From: Clostridia bacterium
GTDB lineage: Bacteria; Bacillota; Clostridia; Oscillospirales; CAG-272
Length of the DNA: 60,019 nucleotides
Direction of reading: 5' to 3'
Assembly: GCA_017414385.1 (NCBI GenBank)
Contig: JAFQMO010000152.1
Coordinates: forward strand, 1-60,019
Shown in pieces: positions 1 to 11,180 of the stretch (positions are counted from its first letter, which is position 1; each line of letters starts with the position of its first letter). Under the pieces are notes generated by a model. It saw only the letters and a list, made by a program, of their open reading frames with translations, did no database searches and was not told the DNA's origin. A program made the position numbers and the translations under genes.

Positions 1-373
1 ACTTTGCATCAACAGAAGAGGTGACATCCTCGAGCTTAGTTGCTGCAGAGTAGTTGGTGGTGTATGCGCCGGGAACGATCGCATCCTTGTTGATGGTTCC
101 GTCCTTGTTGAACTTCTCATCATTCTCGAACTTGTAGTCATATTCGAAGAAAGAGGAGCCAATGTAACTCATGATCTGAGTATCATTGTTGTCAGCATAG
201 GTGAATTCGTTCCAGTTGCTGGGCATGGTTGTTGTGGTTGTGTTGTACTCAGCCTGCTTGAGGTTAGCTTCGGGAATCGTACCTCCGTTGTCACCACAGC
301 CGACAACAGCTGTTGCAACCAGGAGCAAACACAAAACCATCGAGAGTAACGATTTGACATTTGTGTTCATCAT
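1..373 (-). CDS. ABC-transporter extracellular solute-binding lipoprotein, N-terminal 124 codons (gene runs off the left edge); probably peptide/oligopeptide (family 5) type
   Basis: Absent from the ORF track because it is open at the edge. My reverse-complement translation from the ATG at 373-371 gives MMNTNVKSLLSMVLCLLLVATAVVGCGDNGGTIPEANLKQAEYNTTTTTMPSNWNEFTYADNNDTQIMSYIGSSFFEYDYKFENDEKFNKDGTINKDAIVPGAYTTNYSAATKLEDVTSSVDAK, with no stop to position 1. It has a signal peptide with lipobox VVGC. SD GGAGGAAAAC is the reverse complement of 374-383. Confidence 0.65.
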   Translation of the reverse strand, partial: MMNTNVKSLLSMVLCLLLVATAVVGCGDNGGTIPEANLKQAEYNTTTTTMPSNWNEFTYADNNDTQIMSYIGSSFFEYDYKFENDEKFNKDGTINKDAIVPGAYTTNYSAATKLEDVTSSVDAK

Positions 374-489
374 GTTTTCCTCCACATTTTGAAAAATATA
401 ATGTCTCATTATCCGCAAGGCATTTCTTTGCAATAACTGCCAGAACCCGCATCACTGCAAAAAAAACTGCGTAATGTACGGATATATTA

Positions 490-518
490 ATTTTATCACA
501 AAAATTCTCTCTTGTCAA
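490..518 (-). promoter_or_regulatory. Sigma-70-type promoter for the solute-binding protein gene
   Basis: Minus strand reads TTGACA (518-513), a 17-nt spacer ending TGA, then TAAAAT (495-490), i.e. an extended -10 (TGnTAAAAT). It lies about 110 nt upstream of the ATG at 373. Confidence 0.55.
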
Positions 519-729
519 CCATCTTTCGCAATTAAATGCCGACTTTATCGTCTAATATGAATTTGTCAATAGATATAGTATAAAACTTTTTATATTTTTT
601 TGAACTTTTTTGTAATGATAACGCAATACTTTGGATTGACCGAGCCGCGAAAACGGCAAAGCTCCCCCCGCCGGACCATATGCATAAAACGCTTTTTCAA
701 TGTCCGATAAATGTCGATCTGTTGTTTAT

Positions 730-767
730 ATAAAACAAAATCCCGGAAGACATTTTTGTCTACCGGG
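730..767 (-). terminator. Rho-independent terminator downstream of rpoC
   Basis: Minus strand has CCCGGTAGAC-AAAAAT-GTCTTCCGGG, a 10-bp stem with one mismatch (767-742), followed by ATTTTGTTTT. It lies about 80 nt after the rpoC stop. Confidence 0.6.
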
Positions 768-844
768 TGCAGACAACCGGCGATCTCTTTGATAAAAATC
801 TCAAAAAACTGCAGTCGTCAATGAAATTTGGAAACAATCCGCGC

Positions 845-3800
845 TTACTCAGCGACAGGACGCTCTTCAAGCACCTTATCCTGTTTCTGAATACGGATAT
901 TACGATAACGCTCCATACCTGTTCCTGCAGGGATCAGCTTACCGATGATGACATTCTCCTTCAAGCCGAGCAGATGGTCGACCTTACCGCGGATCGCAGC
1001 CTCGGTGAGTACCTTTGTCGTCTCCTGGAAGGAAGCAGCGGACAGGAAGGACTCTGTCTGCAAAGCAGCCTTCGTGATACCGAGAAGCATATGCGTGCAT
1101 ACAGCAAGACGAAGTGTCTTGTCGCCTGCATCGATCTTTGCCTGTACCTCTTCGTTTGCGGAATCAAAGGTATTGATGTCGACAACAGAGCCGGAGAGCA
1201 GCGCCGTATCACCGGCATCCTCAACTCTGACCTGTCTTGTCATCTGACGGGTAATGACCTCAATATGCTTATCGTTAATATCGATCGACTGCATACGGTA
1301 TACCTTCTGTACCTCACGTACCAGATAGTCATACGCAGCATCGATACCGTTGACGCGTGTAATATCCTGGGGACTGAGGTTACCTTCCGTGATCGCCTGA
1401 CCGCGGGAAACATAATCGCCGTCCGCAATGGTCATCTTCGTACCAAACGGAACTGCATATACGACCTCGCGCTCTTCGGTATCCTTGATCGTAACCGTAC
1501 GGTTTCTCTTTGCATCCTGAATCTGCACAGTACCGGACAGCTCAGCGATGATCGCTGTCTGCTTGGGCTTACGTGCTTCAAAGAGCTCTTCGACTCTGGG
1601 AAGACCCTGCGTGATATTTGTACCCGCGATACCGCCGGTATGGAAGGTTCTCATCGTCAGCTGTGTACCGGGTTCACCGATAGACTGTGCCGCAATGATA
1701 CCGACTGCCTCACCGATCGATACGGGCTTACCTGTTGCAAGGTCAGATCCATAGCAGCGTACACAAACGCCGTGCTTTGCCTTACACTTACGAACAGAAC
1801 GCAGATATACCTCGGGAATAGCCGCATCCGTAATCTTCTTAACCTGCTCGGAATTGATCATTTCTCCGTTTTCGACGATCAGCTCGCCCGTCTCCGGATG
1901 AACGATATCCTGCATTGCAAAGCGTCCGAGCAAACGGTCCTTCATCGGTTCAATAATATCGGTACCGTCCATAACGTTGCCGACCCAAAGACCCTCTGTC
2001 GTTCCGCAATCCTCCTCGCGGACGATCACCTCCTGAGCAACATCGACAAGACGTCTTGTCAGATATCCGGAGTCTGCCGTCTTCAGAGCTGTATCGGAAA
2101 GTGACTTTCTGGAGCCTCTCGCACCGATAAAGTACTCGAGAATATCCATGCCTTCACGGAAGTTGGACTTGATCGGAATTTCCATCGTTTTACCGGTCGC
2201 GGAGAACATAAGACCGCGCATACCGGCAAGCTGTCTCATCTGTGCCATGGAACCGCGGGCACCGGAGTCAGACATCATCTTGATGGAGTTATAACGATCC
2301 ATGCTTGCATTCAGCTTGTCCGTAACATCCTTGGTACACTTATCCCATGTCTCGACAACAGCCTTGTAACGCTCTGTTTCGGAAAGCATACCGCGCTGGA
2401 AGGAGCGGTTGATCTTTTCAACAGTTTCCTCTGCATTCGCGATCAGCTGAGCCTTTTCGGGCGGAACCACGATATCAGAGAACGCAATGGAGAGAGATGC
2501 GAGTGTAGAATACTTGTATCCCATGGACTTGATATCATCAAGAACCTGAGCAGTGATCGTTGCATCATGAACCTTGATACAGCGGTCAACAATATCACCA
2601 AGCTGCTTCTTGCCGCAAACGAAATCGATCTCAAGATCAAAGAACTTGTCAGGATCGGAACGGTCAACGTATCCGAGATCCTGCGGGATCGGGCCGTTGA
2701 AGATCATACGGCCGAGCGTGGTGTTGATGACCTTGGATTCCATCTTACCGTTGCGTTCCTTGAACACGCGGACCTTGATCGCAGCATGCAGACCGAGCTC
2801 GCCGTTCGCATATGCCATCATTGCCTCGTTGAAATCGCGGAAAGCGTGACCCTCACCGGGTTCGCCGGGCTTATCAATGGTCAGATAATAGGAACCGAGG
2901 ACCATATCCTGAGACGGAACGGCAACCGCGCGTCCATCCACAGGCTTCAAAAGGTTATTGGCAGAAAGCATCAGGAAACGGGCCTCCGCCTGTGCCTCTG
3001 CAGAAAGCGGAACGTGTACCGGCATCTGGTCACCGTCAAAGTCCGCATTAAACGCCGTACATACGAGCGGATGCAGCTTGATCGCGCGTCCCTCTACAAG
3101 GATCGGCTCGAACGCCTGGATCGACAGCTTGTGCAGTGTCGGTGCGCGGTTCAAAAGAACGGGATGTTCCTTGATGACATTCTCGAGCGCATCCCAAACA
3201 TCATCATTGACACGCTCAACCTTCTTCTTCGCATCCTTGATATTGGAGGCCTTCTGCGTCTCCACAAGGCGCTTCATGACAAACGGCTTGAACAGCTCAA
3301 GTGCCATTTCCTTTGGCAGACCGCACTGATAGATCTTCAGCGTCGGTCCGACAACGATAACGGAACGGCCGGAGTAGTCAACACGCTTACCGAGCAGGTT
3401 CTGTCTAAAACGTCCCTGCTTACCGCGCAGCATCTCGGACAGAGACTTGAGCGGTCTGTTATTGGGGCCTGTAACCGGCTTACCGCGGCGGCCGTTATCG
3501 ATCAGTGCATCGACAGCCTCCTGCAACATACGCTTTTCATTACGAATGATGATATCGGGAGCCGACAGATCATTCATTCTCTTCAGACGGTTGTTACGGC
3601 TGATAACACGGCGGTAAAGGTCATTGAGGTCAGAGGTTGCAAAACGACCGCCGTCAAGCTGCACCATCGGACGAATATCCGGAGGAATGACAGGAATTAC
3701 ATCCAAAATCATCCACTCAGGCTTGTTGTTGGATTCGCGGAATGCTTCCACGACCTCCAAACGCTTTACGATACGGATCTTCTTCTGCTGAGATGCTGTC

Positions 3801-4381
3801 TTCAGCTCCTCGCGCAGAGAACGGGAAAGCTCGTCGCAATCAAGCTCTGCCAAAAGCTCCTTGATCGCCTCCGCACCCATTCCGACGCGGAACTCATCCT
3901 CATACTGATTGTAGTATTCACGATACTCCGTTTCAGAGAGCAGCTGATACTTTTGCAACGGAGTTGTTCCGGGATCGATAACAATATAGGATGCAAAATA
4001 AAGAACCTTTTCCAGATTACGGGGAGTGATATCAAGCAGCAATCCCATACGAGAGGGGATCGCACGGAAATACCAGATATGGGAAACGGGGCATGCAAGC
4101 TCAATGTGTCCCATACGTTCACGGCGGACCTTCTTGGAGGTTACGGAGACACCGCACTTTTCACAGGGTGTCGTTTTGTTGCGTACTCTCTTATATCTGC
4201 CGCACATACACTCCCAGTCCTTTGTCGGACCAAAGATACGCTCGCAGTACAGACCGTCGCGCTCCGCCTTCAAGGTTCTGTAATTGATCGTCTCAGGCTT
4301 TTTGACCTCGCCATGAGACCAATTTCTGATCATCTCAGGAGATGCCAGACCGATTTTAATCGAAGCAAATTCTTTTTCCAT
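845..4381 (-). CDS. rpoC: DNA-directed RNA polymerase subunit beta prime
   Basis: 1178-aa ORF. The N-terminus is [36 protein letters not shown]. It has a Zn-binding CMCGRYKRV...CEKCGV segment and the catalytic NADFDGDQM motif. The start is 21 nt after the rpoB stop. Confidence 0.98.
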   Translation of the reverse strand: MEKEFASIKIGLASPEMIRNWSHGEVKKPETINYRTLKAERDGLYCERIFGPTKDWECMCGRYKRVRNKTTPCEKCGVSVTSKKVRRERMGHIELACPVSHIWYFRAIPSRMGLLLDITPRNLEKVLYFASYIVIDPGTTPLQKYQLLSETEYREYYNQYEDEFRVGMGAEAIKELLAELDCDELSRSLREELKTASQQKKIRIVKRLEVVEAFRESNNKPEWMILDVIPVIPPDIRPMVQLDGGRFATSDLNDLYRRVISRNNRLKRMNDLSAPDIIIRNEKRMLQEAVDALIDNGRRGKPVTGPNNRPLKSLSEMLRGKQGRFRQNLLGKRVDYSGRSVIVVGPTLKIYQCGLPKEMALELFKPFVMKRLVETQKASNIKDAKKKVERVNDDVWDALENVIKEHPVLLNRAPTLHKLSIQAFEPILVEGRAIKLHPLVCTAFNADFDGDQMPVHVPLSAEAQAEARFLMLSANNLLKPVDGRAVAVPSQDMVLGSYYLTIDKPGEPGEGHAFRDFNEAMMAYANGELGLHAAIKVRVFKERNGKMESKVINTTLGRMIFNGPIPQDLGYVDRSDPDKFFDLEIDFVCGKKQLGDIVDRCIKVHDATITAQVLDDIKSMGYKYSTLASLSIAFSDIVVPPEKAQLIANAEETVEKINRSFQRGMLSETERYKAVVETWDKCTKDVTDKLNASMDRYNSIKMMSDSGARGSMAQMRQLAGMRGLMFSATGKTMEIPIKSNFREGMDILEYFIGARGSRKSLSDTALKTADSGYLTRRLVDVAQEVIVREEDCGTTEGLWVGNVMDGTDIIEPMKDRLLGRFAMQDIVHPETGELIVENGEMINSEQVKKITDAAIPEVYLRSVRKCKAKHGVCVRCYGSDLATGKPVSIGEAVGIIAAQSIGEPGTQLTMRTFHTGGIAGTNITQGLPRVEELFEARKPKQTAIIAELSGTVQIQDAKRNRTVTIKDTEEREVVYAVPFGTKMTIADGDYVSRGQAITEGNLSPQDITRVNGIDAAYDYLVREVQKVYRMQSIDINDKHIEVITRQMTRQVRVEDAGDTALLSGSVVDINTFDSANEEVQAKIDAGDKTLRLAVCTHMLLGITKAALQTESFLSAASFQETTKVLTEAAIRGKVDHLLGLKENVIIGKLIPAGTGMERYRNIRIQKQDKVLEERPVAE

Positions 4382-4402
4382 AGGTCAGATCATACTCCCC
4401 TT

Positions 4403-7400
4403 TCATTCATCAATAATATCTTCATCGTAATGATCATCTTCATACTCGTCATCGTATGCAGACATCAGAAAATCATCCGACAGGAGGTTGGAATCATCGT
4501 CATGAGCGGAATCCGCATCCTCATCATCCTCTTCCTCGACAAAGCCGTCCGGAAGGTCTTCTCCGTCCGTTACGACAGGGCCGACCATCTTCGAAACCTC
4601 GCTGCTGTCGTTGATCTCTTCCTCGGAGAGACAGGAAAGCTCGATCTCGTTACCGTCCTTATCCAGCACACGGACGTCAAGCGTCAGTGCCTGCAATTCC
4701 TTTACAAGCACGCGGAATGCCTCGGGAACACCGGGCGTCGGAATATTCTGGCCCTTAACGATCGCTTCGTATGTCTTGACACGTCCTGTCACATCATCAG
4801 ACTTGACAGTCAAAATCTCCTGAAGCGTATATGCAGCACCGTATGCCTCAAGTGCCCATACCTCCATTTCACCGAAACGCTGTCCGCCGAACTGCGCCTT
4901 ACCGCCAAGCGGCTGCTGCGTGATCAGGGAGTAGGGACCGGTGGAGCGTGCATGAATCTTATCGTCAACCAAGTGATGCAGCTTCAGGTAGTACATGATA
5001 CCGACGGTAACGGGGTTATCGAAGGGCTCACCGGTACGTCCGTCATACAGCGTGGACTTACCGCTCGGATCGATACCTGCAAGCTTGAGACATTCTTCGA
5101 TATCATCGTGTGTCGCACCGTCAAATACAGGCGTCATGACCTTCCAGCCAAGCTTTTTCGCAGCATAACCAAGGTGTACCTCAAGTACCTGACCGATATT
5201 CATACGGGACGGAACGCCCAGCGGATTCAATACGATATCCAAAGGAGTACCGTCAGCCAGGAACGGCATATCTTCCGGAGGAAGGATACGGGAAACGACA
5301 CCCTTATTACCGTGACGGCCCGCCATCTTATCACCGACAGAAATCTTTCTCTTCTGTGCGATATATACACGAACGACCTTGTTGACACCGGGCGGAAGCT
5401 CGTCGCCTGCTTCTCTTGTGAATACCTTAACGTCTACGACAATACCAGAAATACCGTGGGGCAGACGCAGGGACGTATCACGCACCTCACGTGCCTTTTC
5501 GCCGAAAATGGCACGCAGAAGTCTCTCCTCTGCTGTCAGCTCGGTCTCACCCTTCGGTGTTACCTTACCTACCAGAATATCGCCTGCATGTACCTCTGTA
5601 CCGCGGCGGATAATACCCTCGCTGTTCAGATCCTTGAGCGCATCCTCGCCGACGTTGGGGACGTCACGGGTGATGTCCTCCGGACCGAGCTTGGTATCTC
5701 TTGCTTCATGAGAATACTCTTCGATATGAATGGAAGTATAAATATCATCTCTAACAAGACGCTCGTTCAAAAGGACAGCGTCCTCATAGTTATAGCCTTC
5801 CCATGTCATAAAGCCGATCAGCATGTTTTTACCGAGTGCGATCTCACCATCTGCGGTTGCAGGACCGTCAGCAATGACCTCGCCTGCCTCTACCTGATCC
5901 CCCTGAGACACGATCGGTCTCTGGTTGACACAGGTACCTTGGTTAGAACGCTTGAACTTGATCAGCGGATATACATCCTTCTTGCCGGAATTGCAGCGGA
6001 CAACGATCTCATCCGCACTTACGCTTTCAACGATACCTGCTTCTCTTGCCAGAACACAGACACCGGAGTCTACCGCTGCCTTGTACTCCATACCGGTACC
6101 GACGATCGGAGACTCTGTTGTCAGAAGCGGAACAGCCTGCTTCTGCATGTTCGAGCCCATGAGCGCACGGGTATTGTCGTCGTTTTCAAGGAAGGGGATC
6201 ATCGAGGTCGCAACAGACACGACCATTCTGGGAGATACGTCAACAAAGTCGATACGGTCAGCATCGACCTCAACGATATCTGCACGGTCACGTGCAATGA
6301 TCTTCTTCTTGACAAACGCACCGTTTTCATCAAGCTGCACCTTAGCGGGCGCAATGATATACTTGTCCTCGACATCCGCAGTCATATAGACGATCTCGTC
6401 CGTCACAACATGCGGTTCTACAGACTTATCTACACGGCGATACGGTGTTTCGATAAAGCCATACTCATTGATACGGGCAAATGTTGCAAGAGAGGAGATC
6501 AGACCGATATTCGGACCTTCGGGAGACTCGACGGGACAAATACGTCCGTAATGTGTATAGTGAACGTCACGGACCTCAAAGGATGCACGGTCACGGGAAA
6601 GACCGCCCGGTCCGAGTGCAGACAAACGTCTCTTGTGTGTCAGCTCTGCCAAGGGGTTTGCCTGATCCATAAACTGAGACAGCGGGGAGGATCCGAAGAA
6701 CTCGCGGATCGCTGTCACGACAGGACGGATATTGATAAGAGATTGCGGTGTCAGGACATCCGTATCGTTGGTTGTCATACGCTCCTTGACGATCTTGTCC
6801 ATACGGGAGAATCCGATTCGCATCTGGTTCTGCAGAAGCTCACCGACACAGCGCAGACGGCGGTTGCCGAGATGGTCGATATCATCGACATCACCGATAT
6901 TGTACTGAAGACCGATGATATAGTTGATGGACGCAAAGATATCATCCTTGGTTACATGCTTGGGACAAAGCTCCTCACGGCGGCGTACACATTCATCCTT
7001 CACGGCATCCATGTCACCCTCGCAGGCTTCAACGATCTCCAGAAGCACGGATGTCTTCACCTTGCTTGTGATACCGATGTCGGAGAGATCGTATCCGAGA
7101 ATGACCTCGGGCATGATCATACCGTTGGAGAAGACCTTCATCTCACCTTCGTTTTCAATGCGGACATATACCTCATTGACACCGGCAGCTTCGATTGCAA
7201 GTCCGATCTCCTCTGTAACAAGCGTTTCCGCATCATAGAGGATCTCACCTGTGATCGGGCTGATTACGGAACGAGTCAGTGTCTGACCGATCAGTCTCTT
7301 GCCGATCGCAAGCTTCTTGTTATACTTATATCTGCCGACTGCGGCAAGATCGTATCTCTTGGGATCAAAGAAAAGGTTGTTGATGAGCAGCTGTGCAGAC

Positions 7401-8170
7401 TCAACAAGCGGAGGCTCACCCGGACGGAGCTTCTTATAGATCTCCTTGAGCGCTTCCTCGCCTGCGGTCGTACCGTTTGCATCTGCCAGTGTCTGCATGC
7501 CGTCCTTCTCCATTGTGGACTCCAGAAGCGGCAGATCACCGAAGAATGTCTTGATCTCAGCGACAGTTTCGATACCGAGTGCACGGATCAAAATGGTAGC
7601 GGGGATCTTTCTGTTCTTATCGATACGGACAAAGAGAACATCGTTTGCATCCGTCTCATACTCAAGCCATGCACCGCGATAGGGAATGATCTGCGCGGTA
7701 AAGATACGCTTGCCGGACTTGTCCAGTGCGGTATCAAAATAAACACCGGGAGAACGAACGATCTGCGAAACGATAACACGCTCCGCACCGTTGATGATAA
7801 AGGTACCGTTTTCTGTCATGAGCGGGAAATCACCCATGAACACTTCCTGCTCCTTGACTTCTTCGGTCTGGCGGTTTGTCAGACGGACGGTCACACGAAG
7901 CGGCACAGCGTAATTGACATCACGCTCCTTGCACTCCTCCACAGGATACTTCGGCACAGGATCGATCGAATAATCGATAAACTCAATGATCAGGTTGCCG
8001 GAATAGTCCGTGATAGGAGATACATCGCGCAATACCTCCATCAAGCCTACCTCAAGGAAGTTCTGATACGATTTTTTCTGAACCTCAATAAGATTCGGCA
8101 TTTCAAGCGCTTCGTTGATTTTTTGGAAGCTCATGCGGACATTCTTGCCAAGCTGTCGGGGTTTGACCAT
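4403..8170 (-). CDS. rpoB: DNA-directed RNA polymerase subunit beta, with a 77-aa acidic C-terminal tail
   Basis: The track ORF 4403..8182 opens with GTG. The ATG at 8170 ([35 protein letters not shown]) has GGAGTG 9 nt upstream and matches the usual RpoB N-terminus. Conserved blocks include [19 protein letters not shown] and [13 protein letters not shown]. Confidence 0.97.
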   Translation of the reverse strand: MVKPRQLGKNVRMSFQKINEALEMPNLIEVQKKSYQNFLEVGLMEVLRDVSPITDYSGNLIIEFIDYSIDPVPKYPVEECKERDVNYAVPLRVTVRLTNRQTEEVKEQEVFMGDFPLMTENGTFIINGAERVIVSQIVRSPGVYFDTALDKSGKRIFTAQIIPYRGAWLEYETDANDVLFVRIDKNRKIPATILIRALGIETVAEIKTFFGDLPLLESTMEKDGMQTLADANGTTAGEEALKEIYKKLRPGEPPLVESAQLLINNLFFDPKRYDLAAVGRYKYNKKLAIGKRLIGQTLTRSVISPITGEILYDAETLVTEEIGLAIEAAGVNEVYVRIENEGEMKVFSNGMIMPEVILGYDLSDIGITSKVKTSVLLEIVEACEGDMDAVKDECVRRREELCPKHVTKDDIFASINYIIGLQYNIGDVDDIDHLGNRRLRCVGELLQNQMRIGFSRMDKIVKERMTTNDTDVLTPQSLINIRPVVTAIREFFGSSPLSQFMDQANPLAELTHKRRLSALGPGGLSRDRASFEVRDVHYTHYGRICPVESPEGPNIGLISSLATFARINEYGFIETPYRRVDKSVEPHVVTDEIVYMTADVEDKYIIAPAKVQLDENGAFVKKKIIARDRADIVEVDADRIDFVDVSPRMVVSVATSMIPFLENDDNTRALMGSNMQKQAVPLLTTESPIVGTGMEYKAAVDSGVCVLAREAGIVESVSADEIVVRCNSGKKDVYPLIKFKRSNQGTCVNQRPIVSQGDQVEAGEVIADGPATADGEIALGKNMLIGFMTWEGYNYEDAVLLNERLVRDDIYTSIHIEEYSHEARDTKLGPEDITRDVPNVGEDALKDLNSEGIIRRGTEVHAGDILVGKVTPKGETELTAEERLLRAIFGEKAREVRDTSLRLPHGISGIVVDVKVFTREAGDELPPGVNKVVRVYIAQKRKISVGDKMAGRHGNKGVVSRILPPEDMPFLADGTPLDIVLNPLGVPSRMNIGQVLEVHLGYAAKKLGWKVMTPVFDGATHDDIEECLKLAGIDPSGKSTLYDGRTGEPFDNPVTVGIMYYLKLHHLVDDKIHARSTGPYSLITQQPLGGKAQFGGQRFGEMEVWALEAYGAAYTLQEILTVKSDDVTGRVKTYEAIVKGQNIPTPGVPEAFRVLVKELQALTLDVRVLDKDGNEIELSCLSEEEINDSSEVSKMVGPVVTDGEDLPDGFVEEEDDEDADSAHDDDSNLLSDDFLMSAYDDEYEDDHYDEDIIDE

Positions 8171-8356
8171 AGACACAATCACTCCATTCTAATAAATAGT
8201 TCCGATTGTACAAAAGCAGAAATCATATTGTGCATTTTCAACAATTTCCAATTGCATCAACCGAAATCGGATGTACAAATCACAGATTTTGCCCAAACAC
8301 AAAAAACCGTGTTTAACGCAAAAAAGGCAAAATTCGCCATTGTAATACAGTATAAC

Positions 8357-8386
8357 ATTGTATCACAAGTCCCCCCTCCTTGTCAA
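8357..8386 (-). promoter_or_regulatory. Sigma-70-type promoter for rpoB-rpoC
   Basis: Minus strand reads TTGACA (8386-8381), an 18-nt spacer ending TGA, then TACAAT (8362-8357). A second extended -10 (TGTTATACT) follows immediately. This predicts a leader of about 180 nt. Confidence 0.55.
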
Positions 8387-8511
8387 GGTTTTTTTGTAAT
8401 TTTTTCTCAGCAATATTCGTCAAAGACGCTTTATATTCGACAGATGGGAATAACTGACACACATAACGATCCCCAAAAACACTCATACTGCCAAAAAAGA
8501 GGTGATGATCC

Positions 8512-9936
8512 ATGTCCTGCAAGCATCCAGGACTCAGTACCGAATTCAAAAAAAGCATCCTTACGATAGACCGCCGTCTTGCTCTGCCCAATTTCGGTAT
8601 TGTCAAACGCCGGTTGTCTGTCTGCGGCATGGATGCGGTTCTTTATTTTACAGAAGGCTTATGCGATATGAGCATGACGCAAAGGGTACTGTCCTTCTGC
8701 ATGGGCGATAACGGCAGTATCCCCGCCATAACAGATGCACAAGCCTTCGCGAATCGATATATCCCTTACGCGGAGACTGAGATCTCAGACGATGCAGACA
8801 CGCTGCATCTCGGTGTTTCCACCGGCTGCCTTCTGCTGCTGATTTCCGCATTTCCGCAAAGCGGCATTCTGATCAAAAGCAGAAATGTGCCGACAAGATC
8901 ACTTGATGAGCCGGAGCACGACAAGGTTTTGCGCGGCGCACATATCGGTTTTGTGGAAACGCTTGCGCGCAACTGTTCTATGATCCGCCGTCTGCTCCCG
9001 TCCACCGATCTTGTTATGAAAAATCATCTGATCGGTACCGCTTCCAAAACAAATGTGGTTCTGTGTTACATGAAGGGACGGGCCGACGATTCTCTTCTTG
9101 CCTATTTGGAGAAGCGGTTGTCCGAGATCACCGCCGACACGCTCTGTCTCGGAACGCAAAGCGTTGCCGAATGTCTTGTGAAAAAACGTGTTTGGAACCC
9201 GTTCCCCCGCTTTCGATATACAGAACGCCCCGACACTGCTGCCGCATCGATTGCAGAGGGCAGCATCCTGCTCCTTTGTGAAAACGCACCGCAGGCGATG
9301 ATCCTGCCCGTTTCGATCTTCTCCTTTTTGCAGGAGACCAATGACTTTTATCTCGCACCGTTTACGGGGACGTACCTGCGGATTCTGCGTCTGATCACCT
9401 ACCTTTTGTCGATTTATCTCATTCCGACATGGTACGCCATCGTCACCCTCCGCCCCGCACTTCCGGGATGGCTTGCGTTCTTGTCTCAAACAGAAGCATC
9501 CTCCGTCCCCATTCTCATTCAGCTTTTGCTGATCGAGCTCGCCGTCGACGGATTGAAGCTGGCATCTATGAACACCCCGAATGCGCTTTCCAATTCGCTC
9601 TCCGTCATCGGCGGACTGATCCTTGGAGATTTTGCCATTGAGGTAGGGTGGTTTATGCCGGAAACGATCCTATATATGGCTGTCGTCACCATTGCACATT
9701 TTACACAGCACAACTACGAGCTTGGCTATGCCTTCAAATATGTGCGTGTCGCTATGCTGCTTCTGGTCGCAGTCTTCGGCTTTTGGGGCATCCTCCTCGG
9801 TACCGTCCTGATGATCCTTCTTTTGATCACAACACCGACAGCAGAAGAAAAACGGCGTTATTTTTATCCGCTGATCCCCTTCAACGGTCCCGCACTCTTC
9901 AGTCTTTTTTTCCGTCGGCGCAAGGAGCACCCGTAA
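8512..9936 (+). CDS. GerA-family spore germination protein / stage V sporulation protein AF-like
   Basis: 474-aa ORF with SD GAGGTGA 6 nt upstream. The soluble N-terminal domain carries the typical ERPDTAAASIAEGSILLLCENAPQAMILPVSIFSFLQETNDFY block. It is followed by about 5 hydrophobic segments (LRLITYLLSIYLIPTWYAIV, ILIQLLLIELAVDGL and others). Confidence 0.75.
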   Translation: MSCKHPGLSTEFKKSILTIDRRLALPNFGIVKRRLSVCGMDAVLYFTEGLCDMSMTQRVLSFCMGDNGSIPAITDAQAFANRYIPYAETEISDDADTLHLGVSTGCLLLLISAFPQSGILIKSRNVPTRSLDEPEHDKVLRGAHIGFVETLARNCSMIRRLLPSTDLVMKNHLIGTASKTNVVLCYMKGRADDSLLAYLEKRLSEITADTLCLGTQSVAECLVKKRVWNPFPRFRYTERPDTAAASIAEGSILLLCENAPQAMILPVSIFSFLQETNDFYLAPFTGTYLRILRLITYLLSIYLIPTWYAIVTLRPALPGWLAFLSQTEASSVPILIQLLLIELAVDGLKLASMNTPNALSNSLSVIGGLILGDFAIEVGWFMPETILYMAVVTIAHFTQHNYELGYAFKYVRVAMLLLVAVFGFWGILLGTVLMILLLITTPTAEEKRRYFYPLIPFNGPALFSLFFRRRKEHP

Positions 9937-11140
9937 ATTTTCCGAAGACGGCACATGATTCATCAAAAACGATCTGCCTGAGCACATGATAGAAAGCATC
10001 CGCATCACGCAAGGTATTTCCCCATCCGATGCTGATACGGACCGTTCCTTCCTTCTCCGTTCCGAACGCGCGGTGCGGCATCGGTGCACAATGGAACCCC
10101 GCACGAACACAAATCCCCTCATTGGAAAGACGTTGTGCAACCTCCTCGCAGGATTTTTGGTTTACCGAAAAGGAAAGTGTCGTCCCCTCTGTCAGCTGTG
10201 ACTGATACAGAGTAACACCGCGCAAAGAGAGCAAGATCTCCCGAAGTCTTTGATACAATGCATACGCGTTGGCCCGTATGGTTTCCAGGCCGATGTCCGA
10301 TACGAAGCGAATTCCGGCACCCAATCCTGCAATACACGGTGTAGAAAGCGTCCCCGCCTCCATTCGCTCCGGAAGATCCGTCGGCATTTCGGGAGAAAGC
10401 GAAGCAACACCGTTCCCTCCCTGTACCAAGGACACAGGGAGCTTCGCCTGCTTGCCAACCAAAAGCAAGCCGCTTCCCTGCGGACCAAGCAGTGCTTTGT
10501 GACCGGCTGTACAGAGATAATCGATATGGTCCTTCTCCATATCAATATCATAAATACCCGCGCTCTGGGATGCATCTGCAAGAAACGCACAACCGGCAGA
10601 ACGGCACAGTGTACCGATTCGCCGCAGCGGCAGTCGTGCAGCACACACATTGGAAACATGACAGGCACAAACAAGTACCGTATCTGACGTGATCCGCCGT
10701 CGGATCCCGTCAAGGATTTCCTCGTCCGAAAGCATGCTGATACAGCCATCCTTGTCACGTGAGAAAACGGGATATACATCCCATTCGATCTCTCCTTTTC
10801 GCTGCATATGGTACAAAGGCCGCAGAACGGCATTATGCTCAAGCTCCGAAATCAATATATGTCTCCGCCGCTCACCGTCAACACCCCTGCCGAAGGAGTG
10901 GAGTACCGTGTTCAGCGCATAGGTTGCATTCGGGTAAAACAGCACATTCTCGGGCGCATCCGATCCAAAAAAGGAGGCAGCATCCTCCCTTGTCCGATAG
11001 ACGGTCTGTGCCGCCCGCATCGAGAGCATATGTCCGCTTCTTCCCGGGTTTCCTCCCGCATCACGCATTGTCCGAAGCATCGTTCTTCCGACAATCGCAG
11101 GCTTTGGATAGCTTGTAGCCGCATGATCAAGATAAATCAT
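9899..11140 (-). CDS. Cysteine desulfurase family protein (class V aminotransferase fold, SufS/CsdA-like)
   Basis: MIYLDHAATSYPKP N-terminus, SELEHNAV block, PLP-lysine region TAGHKALLGPQGSGLL, and C-terminal RAGFHCAP with the candidate catalytic Cys. I chose the internal ATG at 11140 because of the strong SD GAGGGGGA. The track start at 11212 would run through a terminator-like hairpin. Confidence 0.85.
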   Translation of the reverse strand: MIYLDHAATSYPKPAIVGRTMLRTMRDAGGNPGRSGHMLSMRAAQTVYRTREDAASFFGSDAPENVLFYPNATYALNTVLHSFGRGVDGERRRHILISELEHNAVLRPLYHMQRKGEIEWDVYPVFSRDKDGCISMLSDEEILDGIRRRITSDTVLVCACHVSNVCAARLPLRRIGTLCRSAGCAFLADASQSAGIYDIDMEKDHIDYLCTAGHKALLGPQGSGLLLVGKQAKLPVSLVQGGNGVASLSPEMPTDLPERMEAGTLSTPCIAGLGAGIRFVSDIGLETIRANAYALYQRLREILLSLRGVTLYQSQLTEGTTLSFSVNQKSCEEVAQRLSNEGICVRAGFHCAPMPHRAFGTEKEGTVRISIGWGNTLRDADAFYHVLRQIVFDESCAVFGKFTGAPCADGKKD

Positions 11141-11180
11141 GGCATTTCCCCCTCTTTCAATCGCACGTGCGGATGTCAAT

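Noticed and set aside
767-2104. 445-aa plus-strand ORF opposite the 3-prime part of rpoC
   Set aside because: It has the same codon-complement phase as rpoC. It is a shadow ORF.
2567-8569. 2000-aa plus-strand ORF, the longest in the track
   Set aside because: It lies exactly antisense and codon-complementary to rpoC and rpoB, which are unambiguous. It has no SD, its composition is low-complexity (Leu/Arg/Ile/Thr/Asp-rich), and its openness is explained by the absence of TTA, CTA and TCA codons in the sense genes. It is a shadow ORF.
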